Shown: piece by piece, positions 39,301 to 53,170 of the stretch
Position numbering within the stretch: the stretch's first letter is position 1
Layout of the letters: every line of letters starts with the position of its first letter
From: Octopus vulgaris
Lineage: Eukaryota
Direction of reading: 5' to 3'
Assembly (NCBI GenBank): GCA_951406725.2
Contig: OX597823.1
Coordinates: 48,856,001-48,920,000 of the forward strand
Length of the DNA: 64,000 nucleotides
The notes under the pieces: generated by a model
Told to the model about the DNA's origin: nothing
What the model saw: only the letters and a program-made list of their open reading frames with translations
Databases searched by the model: none
Translations under genes and position numbers: made by a program

Positions 39301-41294
39301 TAACTGAAGCCCTCAGGAATTTTTCCTGCAGGCACCAACCTATAACCATTGAATATAGACATCAAACACATCAATCTCATTAGTATAAGTAAAGGAACAC
39401 TGAAACAAAGGTCATAGTTACTGGCCATGTATTTTCTATTAAGCAAATGCTTAGAAATAAAATAAGTCACAGGGAGGATAGTATTAATTTCTGATTGCTA
39501 TACTGTAGTTACTAGTTGACTAAAGGAGTTAAATATTCACTAAATCTAACTTGAAATAACCTTTGGTAGCAAATGTCTTTCAATATTGTCTCTAACAAAC
39601 TCCCACATACATCACATTAGCATAATTCATCGCTATAATTCATGTCAGTCCTAAAACAACTTCACTCTTTGGTGAAATATTCATGTATAAACATCAATGA
39701 AAACCCCATTTTCCCTTTCTACAAAAATCGTAATCATTTTATCTGTAACATTCTAACAATAAATGTATCTGAGATAATGAATTTGCTTACAACTAACCAA
39801 AAAAAAAAAAAAAAAGTGTTCTATTCAACCAGCATAAAAAATAGATCATTTCATCTTTCTTTCTTCCTTTAATCATTTTATAAACAACATCCTCAGTCTT
39901 CTGAAACAACTATTTTTTGCTAATACTTTTACTTGCAGCTCGTATTTTCCTTCCAGCTTCTAACTTGGTAAATAAATAAATAAATAAATAAATAAGAAAT
40001 GAAAGCAAAAACACTAAGAACCATGACACAAACTTCATATTGGTAATTTCCAATATTGTCTTTTTTTTATCACAGAAATTTCAGCATGTTTTTTTGACAA
40101 ACGCCTTAATTTAAAACAGAAATGTCTGACAATTATTCAAGATAATATAAGAAGCAGACACTTCCCAGAATAAACAGGTTGCTTTATTACAAAGTAATAT
40201 AGAAAACAAAAAGCAAAAAAAAATACAATTATAATATTAAAACATGTCATTTAAATATTCAGTCTCACAGAATGTCTGTAGAATTAAGAAGGTAAAAACT
40301 GTAGCTACCAATAATGTCTTTATGGTTAATTAGCACTAATATGTTAATTATATTAACTCCTCATTTTTTCTGATTAAAAAAGAAAGAAAAACGAAATGAT
40401 GATGATGATTATTGTTCTTTTTTACTGCAAACTTATGCATTTGCAGAGCGGGTGGTTATTTTATTATTATTATTTTTTTTTTTTTTTTTTTTTTTTCAGA
40501 TTACTTGATGCAAACTGTTTGCGTTTTTAGTAACAAAAGAACCTTAGAATAATTAAATACTCGTCCTATTACCTGGGGTGGAAAACAAAGGTTCATTCTT
40601 AGATATTTTATTGTGAACAATTTGATTTGTTTATTAGTGTTTCAATATGGCCACCGCTGTAGCAGTAGGAAGAGGTACTAGTCACAGTTTAGTAGCAATG
40701 AATACACCCACAGAATTTTTGGAGACAAATACTTTTAAAAAGAAAGAAACATGGAAAACAATGGCAATTAAACAGACATAGTTATAATTACAATTTGAGA
40801 AGCACAAAGTAATAATACTGTTGTAAATGCAAATTTAAATAGTAATAACTGTGGGTTTACTACTAACAACAGCAACTCATCTTTTTTACATTGCAATCCA
40901 AAAAGATCTGGGCAAATTTAAGGCAAATGAAAAGAGAAACTACATAGAGTAATGGTTAGGAGAGATCTTCAGATGCCCAGTCCTTTTCATATAGCAGTTT
41001 GCGCTATTTTTGTGATTGTCTTAGTTCTATATTGATAAGAGTTTTCATGTTAAACATGTGCGAAGTTCACAGTTTTATTTGTTTATGCACAGCCTAACAT
41101 GTTTTGTGGGAGGTGTGAGACCAAAGCATTAGAAGATTGTTAGGCTGTTGGACAAAATGCTTTGTAATATTTAGTTACATTTCTTTAAGCCTTTTGAATT
41201 AGGATTTCTCTGTCAAATGTATTACTTGCTTATTCAAATTCTTTTGAATTAATCATGTATTATCTGGTAGCTTCAAGATTTTGATGATGCGATT

Positions 41295-41685
41295 ATTCTT
41301 TTATTCTTTTACTTATTTCAGTCATTTTGACTGTGGCCTTGCTGGAGCACCACCTTAAAGGATTTTAGTCAAGCAAATCAACCTCAGGACTTCTTTCTTA
41401 AGCCTAGTACTTATTCTGTTGGTCTCTTTTGCTGAACCACTAAGTAACAGGGACGTAAACACTACAGCACCAGTTGTCAAGAAGTGATGAGGGGACAAAC
41501 ACAAACACAGAGACAAAGAAACACACACACACACACACACTCATTAAATGGGCTTCTTTCAGTTTCCATCTACCAGATCCACTCACAAGGCTTTGGTTGG
41601 CCCAAGGCTATGGTAAAAGAACATTCAAGGTGCCTTATAGTGGTTGGGAAGCAAGCTTCTTACCACACAGCCACACCTGTGCCTA
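41295..41685 (-). mobile_element. CORE-like tRNA SINE
   Basis: Reverse complement of 43088-43514 with a small internal deletion. Confidence 0.88.
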
Positions 41686-41699
41686 AAAAAATAGGTTAG

Positions 41700-42132
41700 T
41701 CTAAAGTAGAGAGCAATCCCATATGTGTTAGAAAGATTGCTCCATCTCTTCTGTACTTGTCAAGGGGAGTGCTTAGCGTCTCTCCTTTTGTTGCAATGAA
41801 ATTGTAATGGTAGGTAGGAGGTTCTGAAAGGGGTCTCAGGGAGTAGCATCTCTGCCTTTCTGAGCTAGTTTTCCACCACATTTCTTAAAAATTGTGGTAG
41901 AGGCTGTAGTCTCGGGAACACTCATGTCTAGAAATTGAAGTTGGGGGTAAGCAAGAGCATGCTCCCCATAGAAAATCCATCTTCAAAAAACCTTATGATA
42001 GCAAAGAAGAACGGGCACCAGCCAGCCCAAAGATTGGGTAGGCTGCACCTACCTACCTTGGTTGCTATGGCATTGAGGTAGATCCAGCCACCCCCATTAA
42101 AAGGGACAAAACTTGGATTTGATGATGATGAG
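41700..42132 (+). mobile_element. Probable SINE/LINE-derived repeat with (GAT)n tail
   Basis: GTTGGGGGTAAGCAAGAGCATGCTCC domain resembling GTTGGC.TTAGGAAGGGCATCC; ends GATGATGATG. Confidence 0.5.
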
Positions 42133-42484
42133 GTATAAGAGACCAGATCTGGCCAGCTTGAATATGAAGCAGGTAGACTATCTGTGCATAATCTGGCCAG
42201 TTTAAATACTAAAGGGTTAAAGATGAGTTTAATAAAATAAGGTACCAGCCAAGGAGTAGGGACAGATAATTTTTATTGACTATTCCATCCTACGCAATAT
42301 ACGACCTTAGAAATCCTTGATATTATTTGAATAGCAAGAAAAAAAAAAAAAAATAGAAGACTTGGATTATATGCATTAAGATGTTTTGTTGTTTCTTATG
42401 ATCTGAGTTCAAATCAGGGATTGATTTTTCCTTCATGTGACATTGTACCTCAGAAACCATTATTTTTGCTACTGTTGTTGCAAG

Positions 42485-42802
42485 TACCAACATCACCAGC
42501 AGCAGCACTGCCACCACCAGCAGCACTGCCACCACCAGCACCACGCCACCACTACCACCACCACACCACCACCACCACCACCATCACCACTACCACCACA
42601 ACCACCAACACCACAACCGCCGACGCTACAATACCACCACCAACACCATACCACCACACAACCACTGTCACCACCACTACCACATCACCACCACACCACC
42701 ACTACCACCACCACCACCACCACCACCACCACCACCACCACCACCACCACCACCACCACCACCACCACCACCACCACTACCACCACTGCTACTACTACTA
42801 CT
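42485..42802. repeat. (CAC)n-rich low-complexity tract
   Basis: Direct reading. Confidence 0.95.
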
Positions 42803-43087
42803 AAGAACATTCATGCAGGATATACAAACGTTTAAAGATTGACTCAGTTATATTTGTGAGAGATTAATATATATTGATTGATATGTAATTTTCCTAAATG
42901 TTATCTTGTACTGCAATCTTATCGAGCTGATGGTACAACATGGAAGCAGTAAAAACTATATACAAATGGACTTTGAAATGATACTGACAGTAACAAGAAC
43001 ACCACTGGCTGTTCTTGCTACCAGTAATAATCTCAACAGCAACAATTGTAATTATTATTAGTAATTTGAGACAGTAACAGTAACATA

Positions 43088-43514
43088 AGCGTAGGAGTGG
43101 CTGTGTGGTAAGTAGCTTGCTTACCAACAACATGGTTCCAGGTTCAGTCCCACTGCGTGGCACCTTGGGCAAGTGTCTTCTAATATAGCCTCAAGCCGAC
43201 CAAAGCCTTGTAAGTGGATTTAGTGGACGGAAACTGAAAGAAGCCCGTCATATATATGTATATGTATATATATATATTATTATGTATGAATGTGTATATG
43301 TCTGTGTTTTCCCCCCCCCAACATCGCTTGACAACCAATGCTGGTGTGCTTACGTCCCTGTAACCTAGCGGTTCGGCAAAAGAGACGAATAGAATAAGTA
43401 CTAGCTTTACAAAGAATAAGTCCTAGGGTCGATTTTCTCGACTAAAAGGTGGTGCTCCAGCATGGGCACAGTCAAATGACTGAAACAACTAAAAGAGTAA
43501 AAGAGTAAAAGAGT
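43088..43514 (+). mobile_element. Full-length CORE-like tRNA SINE (reference copy)
   Basis: A-box-like TGGCTGTGTGGT; B-box GGTTCAGTCCC; CORE-like CCTTGGGCAAGTGTCTT; internal TA tract; (TAAAAGAG)n tail. Confidence 0.92.
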
Positions 43515-43651
43515 GTCAGTCATCCCAGTCTTGAAGGATCTGCAATGGTCATTGGAACAACTCTTCCAGACCAATGAAAGTAACAACAATGAAATCAACC
43601 AAAATGGTTGTTTTAGAATTGCCTCTTTAAGTGGAATTGCAAACCTAACAA

Positions 43652-44050
43652 TTCTCTCTTTTACTCTTTACTTGTTTCAGTCATTTGGCTGTGGCCATGC
43701 TGGAGCACCACCTTTAGTCAAGCAAATCGACCCCCAGGAGTTATTCTTTGTAAGCCTAGTACTTATTTTATCATTTTTTTTTGCCAAACCACTAAGTTAC
43801 AGGGACGTAAGCACACCAGCATCGGTTGTCAAGCGATGTTGGGGGACAAGCACAGACACACACACATACATACACATATATACAATGGGCTTCTTTCAGT
43901 TTCTGTCTACCAAATCCAAATCCACTCACAAGGCTTTGGTTGGCCCAAGGCTATAGTAGAAGACACTTGCCCAAGGTGCCACGCAGTGGTACTGAACCCA
44001 GAACCATGTGGTTGGTAAGCAAGCTACTTACCACACAGCCACTCCTACAC
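43652..44050 (-). mobile_element. Full-length CORE-like tRNA SINE
   Basis: Reverse complement of 43088-43514, tail-to-tail, about 140 bp away. Confidence 0.92.
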
Positions 44051-44247
44051 CTGTTAATATTCTTCAAGAACAATTGCAAGTTAATGGTTACAGAAGAAAG
44101 CATAGGCAGAAATGGATTTCTTGAAGGGAAGATGATGATCTAGGGAGGATGGACTGGGAATAGTAGTTAGTACTGAACCTGAGATGGTAGACAATATGGC
44201 TGACAAGGATAGCAATGGTGAATGGGCTAGAATTGCCTGAGAGGAAG

Positions 44248-44555
44248 CTTTGTTGTTTGTTCCTTCTCGAGCCATGCCCGGCTCATAAGGGCTGGTTTCC
44301 CGGTTTCTTGGCGTATAGGTTCCCCACCTGGATGGGATGCTGGTCCATCGCAGGTGAGCTGCAAGATGCAGGAGGAAAGAGTGAGAGAAAGTTCTGGCGA
44401 AAGAGTCAGCAGAAGTTTTGCCATTTACTTCTGCCAGAGCCGTGTGGAGCTTAGGTGTTTTGCTCATAAACACACACATCGCCCGGTCTGAGATTCGAAC
44501 CCGCGATCCCTCGACTGCGAGTCCACTGCTCTAACCACTAGGCCATGTGCCTCCA
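44248..44555 (-). mobile_element. Young full-length tRNA SINE with 12-bp TSD
   Basis: Minus strand TGGCCTAGTGGTTAGAGC A box and GGTTCGAATCT B box; TSD CCTGAGAGGAAG at 44236-44247 and 44556-44567. Confidence 0.92.
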
Positions 44556-47500
44556 CCTGAGAGGAAGTGCCACTAGACCAATCAGTTCCAAGAATCAGTT
44601 GCATATGTAGTAATGGTAGAAAAGACAGTGAGAAGAAACTGTATATCTATGAGGCAGATGTTGCTATGTGTTGGTGAACAACTTCATGAAGATGGATCAA
44701 GTGACATTTTTAATGCAGTCTATAATGTTCCATCAGTAACACTGTGCATTTTGATGAAAAAAAAAAAGAAGGAAAATAAATGCACTGAACTTTGCTTCAT
44801 AAATGTAAATACCATATATGTTCCAATGTCTGCCTTTGTTATAGTGAGGAATTTGTAATGAAGAAAAAAAAACATTAAAAAGCATAAAAGGAATAAAAGA
44901 TAGTACGCCAAATATGTATTTCTTGATCTTATTAAATATCATGAGGTGAACATTGATTAAAATCGATGATGATGACCATAATGGGGATGATATTAATGAC
45001 TATTAAACATCTGACTGACTCATATAGAGCCCCAATAATACATACGATATTAAAATGGCATTTATCCCCAGATGGGTAATGTTCCTGGTCTGTAAAGGAT
45101 TCCAATTAATGCAAAATAATTCCCAGGAGCATTATTACAAAATTGATAATTATCTGTTCATGTTTTACTAATATTAGAATGTTATCTAGATATCTAAAAT
45201 TGAGCCTAATCTCTCAAATTAAATCTCCGTGATTCATAAGGAAAAGAGACAGGAGAAAGTGGAAAAAAATTTGGGTTAGCCAACTGAAAAATTAGCAGCT
45301 AATATTGTGTCACTGGAACTAATTCACATATAGCTAATTCTCTCCAGCTGTAAATAAATAATATATCTCACAGTATCATCATCATCATCATCATCATCAT
45401 CATTTAATGTCCATTTTCCATGTTGGTGTGAAGCTGGCAAGGCTAGGAGGAGTATCAGGCCCCATTGTCGGATTTGAAAACATTTCTATGGCTGGATGCC
45501 CTTCCTAATGCCAACCACTTTACAAAATTGATAACTGGTTTGTTAGCTTGAGTGTTTGTTTCAATTCCTCTGACAGATTTGGAGAGATTACTCCAGTTTT
45601 CAACCTGGCATCAAAGTTCATCAATAGTCTCAGTTTTGTTATTGGATCAGAACTTTAGTTCTGATTAGAGACTGCTTGTGACGTCTGGTGTGCCAAAATA
45701 TATTCCATGTTAAATGGGAATTAATTGCCAGTTGGACAATCTTACCAGTTTCAAATGATTCTCACCAATGCAAAATACTTCTGCAGAGAATTATTATAAG
45801 AAAATAATTTTTAATTATTTGAAAATCTTTCATCACACATCTGAGACTTCTACAATGACTCTTCTATCTTAACAGAACAGGACGATACATATGGCACTGA
45901 AGAGTCGATGAAGAAGTCACAGATTTTTAATGAAAGATTTCCAGACAATGGACATAAGATTAAGTAAGAATAATTATAAATGAGTGAAGAATAGTTAAAA
46001 TTTAAAACAAAACTGATTAAATACTGATTTTTAACATAGACACAAGACCAGAAATCTTACAGAGAGTGGAGAGTGGGTTATAGTAGCCCAATATGTGACT
46101 GATATTTTATTTTATCAATAGTAGAAGGATGAAAGGCAAAGTTAATTTTGGCATGATTTGATTTTAGGGTGTAATAAGCTAAAACAAGTACTACAAGATA
46201 TTGTTTTTTATACTCTAAATGTTTTGCCAGCCTGCCAACAAGAGTAAAATTGCTGTAAACGACACATCTGCATATATTGAATAACGCAGATATTTAGCTC
46301 CTAAAATCTCAAGAAAAGTATAACTTTTTTTTCTTTTAATATTTAAAATCTAAGAAAATTATCAATATGTATGTTACAGTTATGGATATGAAATATTATT
46401 TTGTGTTAGTATAATACATTAAAAATCATAGATCCAAATTCATCATTTTGCCAGAATCAACTAATTTGATGAAAGCTCGATATATTTGTTGAAAGCAAAA
46501 AAGGAAAGTCTTCAATTGATCATTGAATGCATGTATGTTTCCTTCATACAGAATAGAGCACATTGCTGCTTTATGCCCCCTTTTTTTAATTTCTCTTTCC
46601 TATCTCTTTGGTCAATAAGTCCATTTTTCCCTTTTATAATTTGGAAGTAAAATCACTTTTGATCATGTTGAATCCATAATCAACTTTTTATTTGTGAAAT
46701 TTTTCTACCAAACTGCAGGCCTGTTAATTACGCTAATCGGAGGAATTATTTTCACTTTAGAATGCAAAATATATCAATAGTGTGAGAAAGGATTTTCTTC
46801 AATAAATTCAATAAGTTAATTACTTCATTGATGCCAATAGTACTGTCATTCAGGCCTAAGAGTCTCCACATTTTAGGCAGATATATTTTCAATATGTAAT
46901 TACTGGCCTTTTAGAAATTTTAATAAATAAAATGGATATCTTAACTTCTTAATCAAATCATATTTCTTTTGACGAACTTCCTAAATTCGAGACATTTTTC
47001 ATTTGTTTTTATTTTATTGTTAGAAAATTTTTCAATATTGAAATGAATTTAATAAAAAAAGAAAAAGGTAATAATTTTCTCTTCCATACTTTATTAAGTG
47101 CAGAACAATTATAGGTACTCATGTTCATGTGATATTACTTATCAGTAATTAATACAACTCAAAGAAACAAGGTAATGATTACCAGATTTACTATTTTACC
47201 TTTTTCTATAATCTTTTCAAATAAGAAAGCTTGTCTGTTAATATTGATCCAAATGGAGTTTAGCAAGTGTGAAGCAATTTTACATTGAGAAAATGTGAGT
47301 TCAATATATTTTATCAACAATGATCTCTTTTCCCCTAATGTTCCTGTCATTACTGAAACTTACAGAAAATCTTGAATTTTAGTTAAATTAAATGAGATGA
47401 AGATTTAATTTACAAAAATTCCAATTAACTTTATGGATTTTTAGTGGAATATTTAGGTCTAGAATATTTGAAAACAATTTAATGACGAAAAAGCCGAATA

Positions 47501-48706
47501 TAGCAAAAACAAGCCATTTGATGCATAATTACTGGAATGTATGGTTGGATTTTAAATAATTGTATCTTGAAGTTCAAGCTGATGCATGAGCATTGAATAT
47601 ATAGTGCTTATTTTATTCTAATGTCATAAATAAGGTGTCGAGTAGAATTGTTAGAATGTCAGATGGCTCACTTTAGGTCTGTCTGTGCCCTGAGTTCAAG
47701 TCCTGTCGGGATTAATCTTTCTGGGGTTAAAAATTACTTTTCATTGTTTCAGGTCAATAAATGAAGTATAGTCCAGTATTGGAGTTGTTTCTTCTTCCTT
47801 TTTTATCTGCTCCCTTTTTCTCTCACTTCTCTGTCTGTCTGTCTGTCTCTCTCTCTCTTAAAGATATCATCTATGATCATACTTGTAGAGGGATGGGCTC
47901 TGCTGGGTTTAAACACTCAAAACAAGCTGATTACTGTGATGCTGCCCCCAAAATTCTATCAGGAGTTGAGAACCCAATGCAAAACAAGACAATATGATGA
48001 GTACAGTATGCCAACATGAAACACAATCAGTATTAAAGCCCTTACTCTAAAATTAAAAAAAAAATCAATAACTAAGGGTAGTCCACCTTTGACATATCAC
48101 AAATTAAAATCGAGTAGCTTTTATTAAGGTTGTTCCACTCAATTCTAGGGTGTATCAACCTAATCAAAAACCTGAAAAAATGATTTTGCTTCCAAGCTCA
48201 ATATAACTATTGATATTTTAGCAGTTTCTAAGGCAAAGAGCTGGCAGAATCACTAGCACAGCAGACAAATTGCTTAGCGGCATTTCATCCATCTTTATAT
48301 CCTGAGTTTAATTTCCGTTGAGGCTTACTTTGCTTTTCATTCTGTCAGAGATGATAAAATAAGTACCAGTTGAGCACTGAGTCAGTCTAATTCACTTACA
48401 CTCTCTCACAAAAATTGCTGGCCTTGTGCCAACATTTGAAACCAGTATTTTAGCAGTTTCTTTCAGTATGTTACTGGGATCATATTATTTGCTCAAAAGA
48501 ACTACCAGTTAAATACTGGGGTTGATGTAATCAGCTAGCTGCTTCCTGCATAATTCCAGACCTTTTGCCAATGGTAGAAAGAAATATTTTCTTCTAGTGT
48601 AAAAGAAGCTAGACTGTAATAAACATACTGTAAAGTATTACCTGCCAGTACATTCAGATTATAGCACTCACACGAACACATGCACACACACACACACACA
48701 CACACA

Positions 48707-48737
<31 letters not shown>

Positions 48738-49089
48738 ACACACACCTGTAAAGTATTACCTCCCAGAAAGCCCCGGTTCTACCATTCCAAGATCTAGTTA
48801 CATTGTCTAGCACATGAAATGAAGCATACATTAAGTAAAATACTTTAAAATATTTTCTTTTTTTTCACAAGAATGTGTATTTCTTTTATGATATTCTTTA
48901 AACTACTATCGATAATTAGCTAAATTAATAAAGTTGTAGTTTTAAGAAATTTAATCAGTTCAACTTTTAAGATATAGATTTAAAATTACTGATTTAATGA
49001 CTGCTAATTAATGATATGGAAGTAAAGTCCTCCGTGTGGAATTAATTTAAGAAAATAATTCTCCCAAGAAGATTATTGTAAACAAGTAA

Positions 49090-49290
49090 AAAAGACACAC
49101 ATACAAAAAAAGAGTAATATATGATGTAGACAGCATAAAAAAAGAATATTTTAATAAACTGATATAACAAGTTTATATTTAATGATGCGATAAAACTACA
49201 TATTGCAGCTTACCATTGTGGTGGCTCTGATAATGATTATGGGGAAGATGGTGTCGGAAATAATGTTTTGAAAATCTATAGCATTCATTA

Positions 49291-49334
<44 letters not shown>

Positions 49335-49372
49335 CATATATACATACATAATACATATATATATATATGCAA

Positions 49373-49415
<43 letters not shown>

Positions 49416-49670
49416 TGTATGTGTGTATTGAAGGAGTGGGTGTTGCTGTGTGGTAAGAAGTTTGGTTCTTGGTTACATGGTTGCAAGTTCAGTTTCACTC
49501 TAGGGCACCTTGAGTAAGAGTCTTCTATTGTAGTCTTAAATCGACCAAAGTATTGTAAGTGTTTTAGTGGATGGAAACTGAAAGAAGTTCAGTGTATATG
49601 TGTGCATGTGTGTGTATGTATGTATGTGTGTGCATGTGTGTGCACATGTATAGGTGTGCATATGTATATG

Positions 49671-49713
<43 letters not shown>

Positions 49714-50115
49714 GAAATTTATAGAAAAACAAAACACAAAAGACAGGTGTATGAACAACAAACAAGTGTATTAGCTTGACACTTGGGAAAAAATGAAAAA
49801 GTTTTATATGTTTTGAGCCTATGCTCTTCAAAAGAAAAGAATAAAAGAAAATAAACAGAGAGGGAATGAAAAAAAATTCAGTGATCGAACATAGTGAATG
49901 ATTAGAAAAAAAGAAGTTGAAATGAATGCTATAGATTTTCAAAACATTATTTCCAACACCATCTTCTCTATTATCATCATCACCAGAGCCACCACAATGG
50001 TAAGCTGAAATATGTAGTCTTATCACATCATTAAATACAAACTTATATCAGTTTAATAAAATATTCTTTTTTTATGCTCTCTACATCATGTATTACTCCC
50101 TTTTTGTGTGTGTCT
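49090..50115. repeat. ~200-bp inverted repeat pair (49090-49290 / 49922-50115)
   Basis: ..CAGCTTACCATTGTGGTGGCTCTG..GAAATAATGTTTTGAAAATCTATAGCATTCAT and its reverse complement; contains a decayed CTGATAA..GAAATAATGTT hammerhead-like trace. Confidence 0.88.
49710..49920 (-). mobile_element. Copy of the 34850-35050 hammerhead-derived repeat
   Basis: Minus strand TTGAAGAGCATAGGCTCAAAAC and the shared tail, ending in (TA)n. Confidence 0.65.
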
Positions 50116-50844
50116 ATGTATATATATATATATATATATCAATGTATGTTTGTATTTGTCCCCACTGCTTTTGTAACTGGTGTTGGTTTGCTTATCTGTA
50201 ACTTAGCAGTTCAGCAAATAACACCAAGAGAATAAGAAAAAGGAAATACTAAGTACTTGGGTCATTTTCTTTGATCAAATCCTGGCTGCAGTCTACTGAC
50301 TTATACTAATAAATGAAAGATAAAGTATACCAGATGCAGCACGGATTTTTGTCAGTGAACAGGTCGCGGATTTTAGCGACAAAAATATTTTGACAAATTA
50401 AACTTAAATGTTGAAGTGAATCGAATGGCTTTTGTGTGTTTCTTAAATGGCTTACAAACACCTTCCATGCTGCAATTGTTTTCGTTCCAGCACACGATCT
50501 CAGATCAAATCACTTGCTATGCGAATACATCTCCGTAAAGTATACCATGTTCTCCATTTTTTTTTGTTTTTTTTCTTTGTTGCCATACACATTCGCTAGC
50601 CTTCTTACAAAGAGGTCTAATGTTCTTAGCTTAGACTTTTTGGGGGTGGCAACTAGATCGCAGATTGAACCATCTCAAGTGTAACTGCCCGAAATGGTCG
50701 TGACCTCTGGGAATTGACTGATGAAAGAAAGCCAAGAATGACCCATCTGTTTTTGCCTGTCCTTCTAATTGTTGTTTCTCTTGTCCACCTTTGTACCGTC
50801 TATCTGTCTGAACATTTTAATACCCACTTTTGCGTTTTTGTTCC

Positions 50845-50893
<49 letters not shown>

Positions 50894-51049
50894 TATATAT
50901 ATAGGCATGTGTGTGTTTATTAATACCTTAATGTACACTACATAGCAGTTTTTTAAGAAAAATTTGAAATGCAAGTCTTTAGTAAATATACAACATAACT
51001 TCACTGTAAGAAGTAAAGAAATAAGTTGTATCACTGGTTTATCTCCCTG

Positions 51050-51310
51050 TCCTTTTATTATTTTACTTGTTTCAGTCAGTTGACTGTGGCCGTACTGGAC
51101 GATCACCTTGAAAGGTTTTAGCTGAACAAATCGACCCAGGGCTTATTTTTTAAAGCTTTGTACTTATTCTATTGATATCTTTTCTTCAACCGCTAAGTTA
51201 TATGCACATAAACACACCAACACTGGTTGTCAAGCAGTATGGGGAGATAAACACAGACACAAACACACATACACTCACGCACACACACACATGCATATAT
51301 ACATACATAC

Positions 51311-51354
<44 letters not shown>

Positions 51355-51515
51355 GACAGGCTTCTTTCGGTTTCCATCTACCAAATCCACTCACAAGATT
51401 TTGGTTGGTACGAAGCTAAAGTAGAAAACACTTGCTGAAGGTGCCACACAGTGGAACTGCATATGAAACCATGTGGTTGGGAAGCAGGTTTCTTACCACC
51501 ACAGCCACACTTTTG
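51050..51515 (-). mobile_element. CORE-like tRNA SINE
   Basis: Both halves plus an expanded internal microsatellite. Confidence 0.88.
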
Positions 51516-51720
51516 CCTGGTAAAAGAAAAAGTGTGGCTTGATCTAATTGCTTTCAGGTTTCATTGGACCTTCATCAAGGAACATTTACTCATTTTCTAG
51601 CCACAGTGAAATTAGTAGCTTAGATATTCCTGAATACAAATTAGGTCAAAAATGATTTGGTCTGTCTAATTTGTATAATATTGAAGATACAAACATGAAT
51701 TCATTCATAAACTATTATAA

Positions 51721-52737
51721 CACAGACAAACTCCTGGAATTTAAAAGACTATTGAACAGCATCAACCCAAACATACAGTTCACAATGGAATACAACCAAA
51801 AGGAGCTCCCATTCTTGGACATACTTGTTAAAAAAAATTAGCCTAAAAATAGAAATGGACATATTTTACAAAACCACAGACACAATATCTACTATTTAAT
51901 TCATGCCACCCAAGACACACCAAAACAAACATCCCCTTTAACCTTGCAAGAACGATATGTACCATAGCGTCAGAAAAAAATACCAGAGACTTTAGACTGC
52001 AAGGACTCAAAAACACCCTGATTGACAGACACTACCTAGTTCAACTCACAGAGGATGGAATTAGACGGGAAACACAAGTTGACATAAAAACCTTAAGGAA
52101 AGTTCAACACAGTAACACACCTTCCCTGAAAATACTGCTGTACATGTCCACATACAACCCAAGAAACAAAGAAGCCTTCACCATCATCACCCAAAATCTA
52201 TAAATGCTACATAAGGACCCCAAATTAAAGGAAATTTTACACACCCATAAAGTCATTCAAAGCCAAGAACCAAAGTCACTAAAAAAGATCCTCACAAAGG
52301 CAAAATTATTTTCTAAAATAATGGATGCAAAAGTGAAAAAATGTGGTCAACCAAATTGTGCAACATGCCCAAACCTTCTAGAAGGATCAGAATTCCTTTT
52401 CAAAGAGGGACAAAAATTCAAGATCAAATCTGATTTTACTTGTGATTCAGAAAACCCGATTTGTGTTATAAGATACTCTGACTGCCACCAAAACTACATA
52501 GGGTCCATGGAATTATTGCTCAGATGCAGATGCACTCTGCACCAACAGAAGATTGCATTCCCAGAATACAGAACAATGCCCTTTAGAGAACACATTGAGA
52601 GATGCGCAAAGCAAGTGCTGCCACAATTTGTAATTTTTCCATTTTATCAATGTGCCATTGGAACACCAACACAAATTAGATTAAATAGAGAAACCTACTT
52701 CATTGAAAAATATAAGCCAAAACTTAACCATTTCTAG
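51721..52737 (+). mobile_element. Penelope-like element remnant (Neptune-like Cys linker + GIY-YIG)
   Basis: INPNIQFTMEY..LPFLDILV..FNSCHPRHTKTNIPFNLAR..KKCGQPNCATCP..FTCDSEN..NYIG..RETYFIEKYKPKLN. Confidence 0.92.
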
Positions 52738-52849
52738 CATTTTTAAATAAGTAAACTTACCTCAATGAAAAATATAAAGCAAAACTTAAAACATTTCTAA
52801 CATATTTTATTCTGTCAAAACCAAATCATGCTAAATTAATAAAACCACT

Positions 52850-53170
52850 CACCATAGAGTTTGGAGCCAGAGTTTTTGTGGGCAAACCTGCTTACGACCT
52901 AATGAAGCAACTCTATCTCTGGGAAGAACAGGACCAAAGCTCTAAAAGCAATATCAGAGACAGTGGAGAGATGTTCCAGCTGGATCTGATCAAGAAGGAA
53001 CAAAAGTGACCTCCATGCTGTTTGAAGATTGTCAGTAGAAAGGCTCCCAAGAATCATGGCCTGGATGCAGCTCAGGCCCTTAGAGTCTAACAAGTTAAGG
53101 GCCAAAACACTTGCCTGAGAGGTGGTGGGGTTTCTTCTCCAAAGACCTGCTGTTCAGCTCCCTTGAGAGT
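52850..53170 (+). mobile_element. Hero/R2-superfamily LINE 3' relic
   Basis: IE.GAR.FVGK..YDLMKQL..RTKALKAISETVERCSSWI*SRR resembles the EVG.RGF..AE..S.W.W terminus. Confidence 0.6.

Noticed and set aside
44480-44555. tRNA gene (also 54295-54368, 43088-43160)
   Set aside because: A and B boxes are present but I see no full cloverleaf; these are SINE heads, one with a TSD.
50717-50745. CTGATGA hammerhead core
   Set aside because: No downstream GAAA or stem II partner.
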